Positions 28,225-36,811 of a stretch of 53,381 nucleotides of DNA are shown here, piece by piece. Source of the DNA: an uncultured Desulfuromonadales bacterium (GTDB lineage: Bacteria > Desulfobacterota > Desulfuromonadia > Desulfuromonadales > CAZYXS01); assembly GCA_964650955.1 (NCBI GenBank), contig CAZYXS010000002.1, forward strand, positions 1-53,381. The letters run 5' to 3'. A program made the position numbers and the translations under genes. The notes under the pieces are model-generated. The model did not search any database, was not told where the DNA came from, and saw only the letters and a list, made by a program, of their open reading frames with translations. Numbering within the stretch: the stretch's first letter is position 1; each line of letters opens with the position of its first letter.

Positions 28225-29267
28225 TCCGCTTTTTTCTGCTTCCGAGCCTGCTGCTGAGCCTCTGCGCCAGCGGCGCCCTGGCCGCCTCCGGGGTCAAGGG
28301 GCGGGCGGCCTGGCGTGGTGAACTGGTGCCGGATGTCCGGGTCTCGGCCTACCGCAGCATCGCGCACATCGCCGCCGGCAAGGTTGTCGCCGTATCCGCA
28401 CCGGCCGGGCTCGACGGCACCTATCGCCTCGACCTCGCGCCGGGTGACTATTACCTGGTGGCCCGGGATTTCACCGGCCCGCCCCGCCCCGGCAAGCACT
28501 TCTGCTACTACAGCGGCGCTCCGGTGCGGGTGGTGGCAGGCAGCTACACCAACGTCGGCTTCAACCTGATCCGCATCCCCGAGGAGGCCCCGCCCCAGGG
28601 CGCGCCGGCATCGGGGCTGCGCGGGGAGATCAGCTTCCAGGGAGAGCCGCTGGAGAAGGCTTACCTCTACGTCTACAAGGACCCGAGCAAGGATTTCAAA
28701 GCTCCCCCCTATTTCCTGCAGCCGGTGGAAAAGGGGAGTTTCCGCCTGCGCCTGCCCCCCGGGGAGTATTACCTGCTGGTGCGCAAGCGGGCCAAGGGGG
28801 GGCAGTTCGGTCCCATCGAGATCGGGGACTATTTCAACTATTATTACGGCAACCCGGTGCGCATCGCCGCCGGGGAGGTGCGGGAGGTCAAAATCGAAGC
28901 CATCACCCGCCTCTCCATGCTGGAGGAAGATGAGGAAACCGCCCCCTTCCAGGGTGTCCAGGGCCGGGTTCTGGGCCCGGACGGCAAACCCAGGGCCGGG
29001 CTCTACGTCTGCGCCTACCGCAGCGCGACCATGACGGGCACCCCCGACCACATTTCCCAGCCCACGGCCGCCGATGGCAGTTTCCGCCTCTCCCTGCCCG
29101 GACCGGGCACCTACCACCTGCTCGCCCGGGCCCAACTTGGGGGGCCCGCCGGGGAAGGGGAATATTATGGTAAATTCAAGGGGTCCGGCAATCATGCCCT
29201 GACCCTCGACAAGAAGACGCCGATTCGCGAGGTAATCATCCATGTGGCGAAGAATCCCGCTCCCTGA
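28221..29267 (+). CDS. carboxypeptidase-regulatory-like three-module protein, paralog 2
   Basis: ATGA overlap with the upstream stop. Signal peptide. Module 2 has PGEYYLLVRKRAKGGQFGPIEIGDYFNYYYGNPV and module 3 has PGTYHLLARAQLGGPAGEGEYYGKFKG. Confidence 0.7.
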   Translation: MIRFFLLPSLLLSLCASGALAASGVKGRAAWRGELVPDVRVSAYRSIAHIAAGKVVAVSAPAGLDGTYRLDLAPGDYYLVARDFTGPPRPGKHFCYYSGAPVRVVAGSYTNVGFNLIRIPEEAPPQGAPASGLRGEISFQGEPLEKAYLYVYKDPSKDFKAPPYFLQPVEKGSFRLRLPPGEYYLLVRKRAKGGQFGPIEIGDYFNYYYGNPVRIAAGEVREVKIEAITRLSMLEEDEETAPFQGVQGRVLGPDGKPRAGLYVCAYRSATMTGTPDHISQPTAADGSFRLSLPGPGTYHLLARAQLGGPAGEGEYYGKFKGSGNHALTLDKKTPIREVIIHVAKNPAP

Positions 29268-30618
29268 GGTCGCACTGCTGCTGATGCTGCTGGCCCTGGC
29301 GCCGCTGCGGGCGCTGGCCGAGGAACCGACCATCCTCTCCGGGGAAACCCGCTGGAGCGGCGAGGTCAAGTTGAGCAGAGCTGTCCAGGTCAACCAGGGC
29401 GCCACCCTGATCATCGCCCCCGGTACCCGGATCAGGCCGGCCAAGGCCGAGGCCCGGCTGCTCATCCGGGGACTGCTCAAAGCCCAGGGAACCAGCGCCG
29501 CCCCCATCGTCTTCGCCGGCACGGCCGACTGGCAGGGGATCGAGTTCTACGAATCCGACCCGGCCTCCATCATCGAACAGGCCCGCTTCGAAAAGGCCGC
29601 GACCGCCATCAGCAGCCTTTCGGCCAACTTCACCGTGCGCGGCTCGACTTTCCGCAACTGCGGCACGGCCATCAAGCTGTTGCGGGAGGCGTCCCCATTG
29701 ATCGAAAGCAGCACCTTCGCCGACAACCGCATCGGCATCGACAACGAAATGAAATCGGCCCCGACCATCCGCGGCAACCGCTTCAGTGGTCACAAGGAGA
29801 CCGCCATCCTCGCCTCCCACAACGGCACCGGGCCGATCGAGAATAACCATTTCGAGAAAAACCGCCAGGGAATCGGCCTGATGCAGCGTTTTCAGGACCG
29901 CATCACCGGCAACCGCTTTGTCGAAAACGGCACCGCCATCTTCTGCAATCAGACCCAGGCAACCCCCCTGATTCGCAACAACCAGTTCGAAAAGAACGAC
30001 CTGGCCCTGGTCAATTTTTCCTTCTCCTACCCGCTGGTGGAACACAATCGCTTCAGTGGCAATCGCATTGCCATCCGCAACGACCATTTCGGCTCCCCCC
30101 TGGTCAGCCACAACAGTTTCACCAATAATGAGACGGCCCTTTCCAACCAGCGCAAATCCAATCCGAAGTTGCAGAAGAATCTGTTGAAAAAGAACGGTCT
30201 GGCGATCTTCTGCGACTATTCCAGCTATCCGCTGGTGAAGCAGAACAATTTTGTGGACAATACCATGGCGGTGAAACTGGGGGATTTCCAGAGCGCCGAC
30301 TGGGAAAAAAAGGCGGGTTCGAAGAAGATCGTCATGGAAAAAGCCCAGGAGCGGCAAAGCCAGAACCCCCTGCTGGCCAAGGCGCCGACCCAGTTCGAGG
30401 ATTTCGTCGACGTGCGCGACAACTGGTGGGGTGCGGCCACAGCCGAGTTGGCCCGCGCCGGGGCGGAGGGGAACCTGCCGTTCTTCTATGACCGCCAGGA
30501 CAAACGCACCGTGACCTACGAGGGCTTTGGCAAGGAGGCCTATCTGCTCGACCGGGTGCTGTTCCACCCCTGGCTCAGCGCTCGGGTCGCCGACGCCGGC
30601 CCCAAGGAGGCGCCATGA
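29242..30618 (+). CDS. NosD-like right-handed parallel beta-helix protein (long type), secreted
   Basis: GAGG RBS and a 26-nt overlap with the upstream gene. Signal ...APLRALA. A long series of N.F..N..ai repeats (GNRFSGHKETAI, NNHFEKNRQGI, GNRFVENGTAI, NNQFEKNDLAL, HNRFSGNRIAI, HNSFTNNETAL, ...). VRDNWWG motif. Confidence 0.75.
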   Translation: MWRRIPLPEVALLLMLLALAPLRALAEEPTILSGETRWSGEVKLSRAVQVNQGATLIIAPGTRIRPAKAEARLLIRGLLKAQGTSAAPIVFAGTADWQGIEFYESDPASIIEQARFEKAATAISSLSANFTVRGSTFRNCGTAIKLLREASPLIESSTFADNRIGIDNEMKSAPTIRGNRFSGHKETAILASHNGTGPIENNHFEKNRQGIGLMQRFQDRITGNRFVENGTAIFCNQTQATPLIRNNQFEKNDLALVNFSFSYPLVEHNRFSGNRIAIRNDHFGSPLVSHNSFTNNETALSNQRKSNPKLQKNLLKKNGLAIFCDYSSYPLVKQNNFVDNTMAVKLGDFQSADWEKKAGSKKIVMEKAQERQSQNPLLAKAPTQFEDFVDVRDNWWGAATAELARAGAEGNLPFFYDRQDKRTVTYEGFGKEAYLLDRVLFHPWLSARVADAGPKEAP

Positions 30619-31652
30619 CGCGGATTGTCATCTGGCTGCTGCTGATTCTCGGCTGCACTGAGGCTTTTGCCGCCAACGTCGCGGGGCGGGTGGTGGAAGG
30701 GGACCAGCCTTTGCCCGGCATGCGCGTGGCCGCCTATAATGGTCTCGATTTTTCTGGAACTCCGCTGGCTGTCTCCCCCCCCAGTGATGCCGACGGCCGC
30801 TACCAGTTGGAACTCTCCCCCGGCCTCTATAGCCTCTTCGCCCGTGACGAGACCGGCAGCCGTTTCGCCTTCTGCGGCCGCAACCCCGTGGCGGTGGCGG
30901 CGGAACCGGTCTGGGCCGGGCTGCAGGCCGTGCCGGTGGTGGCGGCGACCAGCCAGCCCTACGATGATCCCGACAGCGCCGCCATTACCGGCACTGTGAC
31001 CTTGGGGGGCAAACCGCTGGCCGGTGCCTATGTCTACCTCTATCTCGACGCCGCCGAAGACCTCAAGGGGCAAGGCTACCGCATGTCCGCTCCCACCGGT
31101 AACGATGGCCGTTTCAGCTTCGATGGCCTGCCCGAAAGCGACTATTTCCTGGTGGCACGCCAGCGAGACAGCGGCGCCCGGGTCGGCCCGGTGCGGGAGG
31201 GGGATGCTCTCGCCATCTACCCCGGCAACCCCGTCCACGCCCGCACGGGCCAACAGTTGACGGTCAGCATGGAGGCGGTGCGCAAGGTGCAGGACGGCAA
31301 GGAGAGCGAGACCATTTCCCGGGCCACCGGCATGGCGATCCGCGGCCAGATCCTCGATCGTCAGCGCCGGCCGGTGGCGGGACTGCATGTCTTCGCCTAC
31401 ACCGACCGGGTGATCGGTCACAAGCGCCCGGAGGCCCTTTCGGCCCCCACCGGCCCCGATGGCCGCTTCATTGTCCATCTGCGGCAACCGGGAACCTTTT
31501 ACATCGGGGCTCGCCAGGAGTACGGCGATTCCCCGGCGCCAGGTGAACTGTTCGGCATGTACGACGCCAGTGCCGACCATGGCCTGGAAGTCGCCCCCGG
31601 ACAGAGCCACGACGACATCCTGATCCTGGTCGAACCGGTGACCCTGGACTGA
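30615..31652 (+). CDS. carboxypeptidase-regulatory-like three-module lipoprotein, paralog 3
   Basis: AAGGAGG RBS and ATGA overlap. Lipobox LILGC. Module 2 has ESDYFLVARQRDSGARVGPVREGDALAIYPGNPV and module 3 has PGTFYIGARQEYGDSPAPGELFGMYDA. Confidence 0.7.
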   Translation: MTRIVIWLLLILGCTEAFAANVAGRVVEGDQPLPGMRVAAYNGLDFSGTPLAVSPPSDADGRYQLELSPGLYSLFARDETGSRFAFCGRNPVAVAAEPVWAGLQAVPVVAATSQPYDDPDSAAITGTVTLGGKPLAGAYVYLYLDAAEDLKGQGYRMSAPTGNDGRFSFDGLPESDYFLVARQRDSGARVGPVREGDALAIYPGNPVHARTGQQLTVSMEAVRKVQDGKESETISRATGMAIRGQILDRQRRPVAGLHVFAYTDRVIGHKRPEALSAPTGPDGRFIVHLRQPGTFYIGARQEYGDSPAPGELFGMYDASADHGLEVAPGQSHDDILILVEPVTLD

Positions 31653-31666
31653 AACCGAGGCAGCCG

Positions 31667-32533
31667 ATGCGTCCCTTGTTCCCAACCCTGCTGCTGTTGC
31701 TGCTGACCGCCTGCAGTCTGCCAAGCCCGGCCCCGCCGGTGCTGGAACTGGAGGATGCGGTGATCCGCGATGAGCAGGTCTGGGGGGGCGAGGTGCGGAT
31801 CCGGGGGATCGTCACGGTGAAGAAGGAAGGGCGCCTCACCATCCTGCCCGGAACCCGGGTGGTCTTCGCCCCTCTCGACCGCGACGGAGACGGCATCGGC
31901 GACGGAGAACTGCTGGTGGAAGGGGCCCTGGTGGCCCGCGGGACGGCGGCCCAGCCGATCCTGTTCACCAGCGGGGCGGAAAAACCGAAAAAAGCGGACT
32001 GGAAATTCCTCTATCTCGATTTCGCCCGCGAGGCGCAAATCGAATACCTGATCTCCGAATACGCCTTCAGCGGGGTGCAGATCCATTTCTGCAAAGCGCG
32101 GGTGGCCAACTCCGTATTCCGTTACAACATCGATGGGCTGCGCTTCTCCACCGTCAACCTGGAGGCGACGGGCAACCTGATCCATGACAACACCCACGGA
32201 GTACGCTACGAGGAGCGCCGGGGCACCGCCCATCTGCATCACAACACCATCCGGGATAACGACATCGGCATCTTCCCCGTCACCCGGGGGGAGGACCGCT
32301 CGCTGTTCGAATACAACAACATCACCGGCAGCCGCCAGTACCAAGTGAAACTCGGTCTGGAGCAGGCAGGTGATGTCACCCTGCCCCGCAACTGGTGGGG
32401 CAGCAACGATCCGGCAGTCATCGAGTCAAGCTTTTTCGACCACCGCTTCGATGCGACCCTCGGCCGGGTCAGCGCCCCCCAGCCCCTGGCCGCGCCAGTG
32501 GCGCCGGCGGGCCCCGCAGGAGTCAAGCCATGA
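31667..32533 (+). CDS. NosD-like beta-helix lipoprotein (short type)
   Basis: Lipobox LLLLTAC. TILPGTRVVFAPLDRDGDGIGDGELLVEGAL.ARGT...PILFTS, then beta-helix repeats and LPRNWWGSNDP. It is collinear with the N-terminal half of the 34982-36811 protein. Confidence 0.7.
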   Translation: MRPLFPTLLLLLLTACSLPSPAPPVLELEDAVIRDEQVWGGEVRIRGIVTVKKEGRLTILPGTRVVFAPLDRDGDGIGDGELLVEGALVARGTAAQPILFTSGAEKPKKADWKFLYLDFAREAQIEYLISEYAFSGVQIHFCKARVANSVFRYNIDGLRFSTVNLEATGNLIHDNTHGVRYEERRGTAHLHHNTIRDNDIGIFPVTRGEDRSLFEYNNITGSRQYQVKLGLEQAGDVTLPRNWWGSNDPAVIESSFFDHRFDATLGRVSAPQPLAAPVAPAGPAGVKP

Positions 32534-33447
32534 GTATCGACCGCCGCCAATTCATTCTCGCCAGCCTGCGCGCCGCCCTGGCCGCGGCCGCCGCCGGCGC
32601 CGTCCCCGCCCTCTGGCTCCCCCGTCCCGCCGCCGCCACCTCCCCCGGGCCGCTGGTGGCCCTGCGCAAGGGGGGGGATATCCCCCGCCTGGTGGATGAG
32701 GTGCTGGCCGCCCTGGGCGGGATGAAACAGTTCGTCAAAACCGGCGAAACCGTGGTAGTCAAACCCAACATCGGCTGGGACCGCACGGTGGAACTGGCTG
32801 CCAACACCCACCCGCTGGTGGTACGCCGGGTGGTGGAGCACTGCCTGGAGGCGGGCGCGAAAAAGGTCCAGGTCTTCGACCGCACCTGTAACGACCCGCG
32901 CCGCTGCTACGTGGCCAGCGGCATCCAGGAGGCGGTGGAAGGGTTGCGCGCCGACCGCGTCAGCGTGGAGCACATGGAGCGCCGGGCCTACCAGGATCTG
33001 GACATCGGCCAGGGGGTGGAGCTGACCAGCTGGTCCTTCTACCAACCGGCGCTGCAGGCCGACCGCTTCATCAACCTGCCCATCGCCAAACACCACTCCA
33101 TCTCCCGCCTGACCCTGGGGATGAAGAACATCATGGGGGTGATCGGCGGCAACCGCGGCACCCTGCACCGCCGCCTGGAGGAGTCCCTCGCCGATATCAA
33201 CAGCGTGGTCCATTCGGACCTGACCCTCATCGACGCCACCCGCATCCTGGTGGCCAACGGCCCGCAGGGGGGACGAATTGAAGATGTCCGCCAGACCGAA
33301 ACCCTGATTGCTTCTGCCGACATCGTCGCCGCCGATGCCCTGGCCACCACTCTTTTCGACCTCAAGCCGGAGGATATTCCCACCCTGGTCACCGCCGCCC
33401 GACGGGGGCTGGGAGTGATGGACCTCGCCAAGATTCGCCGGGCATGA
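32530..33447 (+). CDS. TAT-exported DUF362-family protein
   Basis: ATG 32530 overlaps the upstream TGA. Twin-arginine signal MSIDRRQFILASL...AAAAAGA. DUF362-like blocks VVVKPNIGW, NLPIAKHHSISRLTLGMKNIMGVIGG and IDATRILVANGPQGG. The track start 32395 is an upstream extension. Confidence 0.7.
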   Translation: MSIDRRQFILASLRAALAAAAAGAVPALWLPRPAAATSPGPLVALRKGGDIPRLVDEVLAALGGMKQFVKTGETVVVKPNIGWDRTVELAANTHPLVVRRVVEHCLEAGAKKVQVFDRTCNDPRRCYVASGIQEAVEGLRADRVSVEHMERRAYQDLDIGQGVELTSWSFYQPALQADRFINLPIAKHHSISRLTLGMKNIMGVIGGNRGTLHRRLEESLADINSVVHSDLTLIDATRILVANGPQGGRIEDVRQTETLIASADIVAADALATTLFDLKPEDIPTLVTAARRGLGVMDLAKIRRA

Positions 33448-34985
33448 GAACGCGGCCGTTGCGCCGGTGGCGCCGCGCCACCCAATTACTGGCCCTGCTC
33501 GGGGTGATCTGGTTGTTTCTGCAGACCGACTACCAGGGGCAGGACGAGCTCGCCTTCCCCGTGGCCCTGCTGTTTCGTCTCGATCCCCTGGCCGCTCTGG
33601 CCGCAGCCCTGGCACCGGGGGACTTCCCCTGGGGCCTGCTCTGGCCGGCCCTGCTGCTGCTCGCCTTGACGGTGGTGCTGGGGCGGTTTTTCTGCGGCTG
33701 GCTCTGCCCCCTGGGCACCACCCTCGACGGCTGCGGCGCCCTGCTCGGCGCCGACAACACCACCCCCAGGCCTCGCTGGCGGCGGGTGAAATACCTGCTG
33801 CTGTCCGGCTTGAGTGCGGCGGCCCTGGGGGGTGTGCAACTGCTCGGGGTCTTCGACCCGCTGGCGATCTTCCTGCGCACCCTGACCCTGTCCCTGTTTC
33901 CGGCCTGGAACCTGGCCCTCAACGGCCTGTTCGAGCACTTTTACGCCAGTCAGACCCCCCTTGTCTCCCCCTTGCTCGACTGGGTCTATCCCTTCGCCCG
34001 GGATTACCTGATGGCTTTCCACCAGCCGGTGTTCACCCTCGGCCTGTTCACCCTCGGGGTGTTCGTCGCCATCGCGTTGCTGGAACGCTTCGAGCGCCGC
34101 TTCTGGTGCAAGAATCTCTGCCCCCTTGGGGCCCTGCTCGGCCTGTGCGCCCGCCACGCCCGCCTGCGCCACCTGCCGGCCCCCGATTGCGGCCACTGCG
34201 AGCAATGTACCGCCGCCTGCGCCAGCGGCGCCACCAACCGCCGGCATCATCAGCCCAGCGAATGTCTGCTCTGTTTCGATTGCGCCGGCCACTGCCCCGC
34301 TGCGGAGGTCCAGCTGTTCTGGCGCCGGGCCCCGGCGACGGCGGGGATCGACCTGACCCGCCGCGGCACCGTCGGCGCCCTGGCCGCAGGCGTCCTGCTG
34401 GCGCCGGTAGTGCGCAGCGCCCCGGCCCAGTACCGCCTCGAACCACTGCTGCTGCGCCCCCCGGGGGCGCTGGCGGAAGAAGAATTTCTGCGCCGCTGCG
34501 TCCGCTGCGGCGAATGCCTGAAGGTTTGCATCGGCGCAGCCCTCCACCCGGCCCTGCTGCAGGCCGGCGCCACCGGCCTGTGGACGCCGGTGGTGATGCC
34601 CCGCATCGGCTACTGCGAATACAACTGCACCCTGTGCGGACAGGTCTGCCCCACCGGGGCCATCCGGCGCCTGCCCCTGGAGGAGAAGCGCAAGGTGGTG
34701 ATCGGGTTGGCGGTGATCGAAAAGGATCGCTGCCTCCCCTTCGCCCGCGGCGAGGAATGCCTGGTCTGCGAGGAGCATTGCCCCACCGGCGAGAAGGCCA
34801 TCGTCTTCGAGGATAAGGACGTGCTGGTGCAGGGGGAGGTGCGGCGACTGAAGCTACCGCAGGTGGTCAAGGAGCGCTGCATCGGCTGCGGCATTTGCGA
34901 AACCCGCTGCCCGCTGGAGGGGCGCAGCGCCATCCGGATCTTCAACGACAAGGAGAGCCGCCGGGTCGAGCAGCGTTGGGATTAG
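33444..34985 (+). CDS. NapH/NosH-like membrane polyferredoxin
   Basis: 513 aa. ATGA overlap with the DUF362 gene. TM helices with FCGWLCPLG and WCKNLCPLG (2x CX3CP). Six Cys clusters: CGHCEQCTAAC, CLLCFDCAGHCP, CVRCGECLKVC, CTLCGQVCP, CLVCEEHCP and CIGCGICETRCP. Confidence 0.8.
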   Translation: MRTRPLRRWRRATQLLALLGVIWLFLQTDYQGQDELAFPVALLFRLDPLAALAAALAPGDFPWGLLWPALLLLALTVVLGRFFCGWLCPLGTTLDGCGALLGADNTTPRPRWRRVKYLLLSGLSAAALGGVQLLGVFDPLAIFLRTLTLSLFPAWNLALNGLFEHFYASQTPLVSPLLDWVYPFARDYLMAFHQPVFTLGLFTLGVFVAIALLERFERRFWCKNLCPLGALLGLCARHARLRHLPAPDCGHCEQCTAACASGATNRRHHQPSECLLCFDCAGHCPAAEVQLFWRRAPATAGIDLTRRGTVGALAAGVLLAPVVRSAPAQYRLEPLLLRPPGALAEEEFLRRCVRCGECLKVCIGAALHPALLQAGATGLWTPVVMPRIGYCEYNCTLCGQVCPTGAIRRLPLEEKRKVVIGLAVIEKDRCLPFARGEECLVCEEHCPTGEKAIVFEDKDVLVQGEVRRLKLPQVVKERCIGCGICETRCPLEGRSAIRIFNDKESRRVEQRWD

Positions 34986-36811
34986 GGACCTGGCTGCAGG
35001 GTGAGGGCGCGGATCTGGTGGTCGCGGCTGCCGAACAGAATCAGCCCGGCGAAGGGCACCGGGCGGCTCTGGATCGCCCCTCCGGCCTGAAAGCTGGCAA
35101 GCAGGTCGCCGCTGTCCCGGCCGACCACCGACAGCACCCCGCCGTTATCCCCGACCAGCACCCGCCGCCCCTGTACCAGGGGGGTGCCGTAACTGGGATG
35201 GGGCAAGGCCCGGCGCCAGACAGAGGTGCCGGTTGCCAGGTCGAGGTGGTGGAGGGCGCCTGCCGCCGTGGCCAGAAACAGGGCCTCGCCGTCGATCACC
35301 GGTGCGCCGTAGAAGCAGACTTCACCCAGCGGCCGCCGCCACAGCTCCATCCCTTCCCGATCGAAAGCGGTCAGGGTCCCCTCCCGGTCCACCACCACCG
35401 ACCCGACCGGCCCCAGGGCCGGCGGGGTCAACAGCGGCGCGGCCAGGCGCCGCTGCCAGAGCAGTTCTCCTTTCGGGTTCAGAACATTAAGACTGCCGTC
35501 GCCGGCGGCCAGGTAGATGCGTCCGTCGGCCACCACGGGGGTGGCCCTTAGGGGCCCGGCGGTGCCGAACTGCCAGCGCAACGCCCCGCTGGCCGCATCC
35601 AGGGCGTAGAGGGTGCCGTTCCAGGCCGGCACCAGCAGCAGATCGTCGACCCGCGCCAACCCGCCCTGACGGTGGTCATCCGCCGGCGAAGGGGCGTAGC
35701 GGAAGCGCCAGAGCACCCGTCCCCTGCCCCGCTCCAGGGCCAAGACCTCCCGCCCCCAGGTCTGCACGTAGACCCGTTCAGCATCCAGCGCTACGGCACC
35801 GTCGGCCACCTCCCCCAAATCCGCCTGCCACCGCAGCCTGCCCTTGGCATCCAGGGCGTAAAGGCGGCCATCCCAGCCGGGAATGAACGCCTCCCCGGAC
35901 GCCACCATGGCGGTGGCATCGACAAATCCCGCCGTCGGCAGTTGCCAGGCCGGCTGCAGGCGCAGTCCGTCCCGGGGGCCGGTCCCATCGATCCAGGCGG
36001 GTGCCGGGGTCAGGGTCACCGTGCCGATGCCGGGATCCTGGCGGCGATCGAAGATCCCCTCGGCCACCTGCTCCGGGTCGGCACTCCCCCACCAGTTCTC
36101 CCCCAGCTGGACGTCGGCGGCATAGAAATCCCCGAGGCGGAAGTTGTCCCGGTTGAGCAGGATGTTGTTCTCCTCCACCACCGAGGTGCGGTCGCTTTCG
36201 AACAGGAAGATGCCGGCGCCGTTGCGACGGATGAGGTTGCGGCGGATCTCCACCTTGGCGTTGCGGAAGTTTATCCCCTTGCCCTGGTTGTTTTCGATGA
36301 GGTTGTGGCGCCAGGTGAAGGTCGCCTCCCCAAGGCGGCAGCCGTCGATATTGTTGTGGATGTGGCAATCCTCGACGAGGCCGCGGGTGAAATGGGCATG
36401 CAGGGTGTAGGCGCTGTCGCGGATTTCGCAGTAGCGCAGGTGGATTTCCTTGGAGAAATCGGCATGGATTTCCAGCCAGTCCCCTGGCTGGGGATGCTCG
36501 GCCGCGGAGCGGAAGCGGATCGGTGCCTCGGGGGTCCCCAGGGCGCGCAGCCGCCCTTCGATGTTGAGGGTGCCGTCCCCCAGGCCGTCCTGATTGAGGT
36601 CCTTGGGCACAAAGGCGATGTCGGTGCCGGGTTCGATGGTCAGCACCGCCCCCTTGGCGACCTTGACCTCGCCGTCGATCAGGATCGAGCCGCGCCAGAC
36701 CGTATCCTCGGTGAGGACCAGATTGTGCAGTCGCTGCACCACCGGCGCCTTCGCCAAAGGGGCGCAGGCGGTCAGGGCCAGCAGAAAAACAGCGGCCAGG
36801 GCCTTTACCAC
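34982..36811 (-). CDS. NosD-like beta-helix (short type) fused to PQQ-like beta-propeller, lipoprotein
   Basis: GTG start. Lipobox LLALTAC. The N-terminal half parallels the 31667 protein (TIEPGTDIAFVPKDLNQDGLGDGTLNIEGRLRALGT...LGENWWGSADP). The C-terminal ~330 aa has repeated G.lyALDa.tG...W propeller blades. Confidence 0.75.
   Translation of the reverse strand: MVKALAAVFLLALTACAPLAKAPVVQRLHNLVLTEDTVWRGSILIDGEVKVAKGAVLTIEPGTDIAFVPKDLNQDGLGDGTLNIEGRLRALGTPEAPIRFRSAAEHPQPGDWLEIHADFSKEIHLRYCEIRDSAYTLHAHFTRGLVEDCHIHNNIDGCRLGEATFTWRHNLIENNQGKGINFRNAKVEIRRNLIRRNGAGIFLFESDRTSVVEENNILLNRDNFRLGDFYAADVQLGENWWGSADPEQVAEGIFDRRQDPGIGTVTLTPAPAWIDGTGPRDGLRLQPAWQLPTAGFVDATAMVASGEAFIPGWDGRLYALDAKGRLRWQADLGEVADGAVALDAERVYVQTWGREVLALERGRGRVLWRFRYAPSPADDHRQGGLARVDDLLLVPAWNGTLYALDAASGALRWQFGTAGPLRATPVVADGRIYLAAGDGSLNVLNPKGELLWQRRLAAPLLTPPALGPVGSVVVDREGTLTAFDREGMELWRRPLGEVCFYGAPVIDGEALFLATAAGALHHLDLATGTSVWRRALPHPSYGTPLVQGRRVLVGDNGGVLSVVGRDSGDLLASFQAGGAIQSRPVPFAGLILFGSRDHQIRALTLQPGP

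Noticed and set aside
26887-34778. Chain of long minus-strand ORFs (26887-28218, 28155-29522, 29236-30567, 30540-31724, 32239-33615, 33486-34778)
   Set aside because: Each mirrors a plus-strand gene that has a signal peptide, an RBS, translational coupling and repeat or domain structure. The minus-strand products are G/A/P/R/Q-rich with no motifs. They are shadow ORFs.
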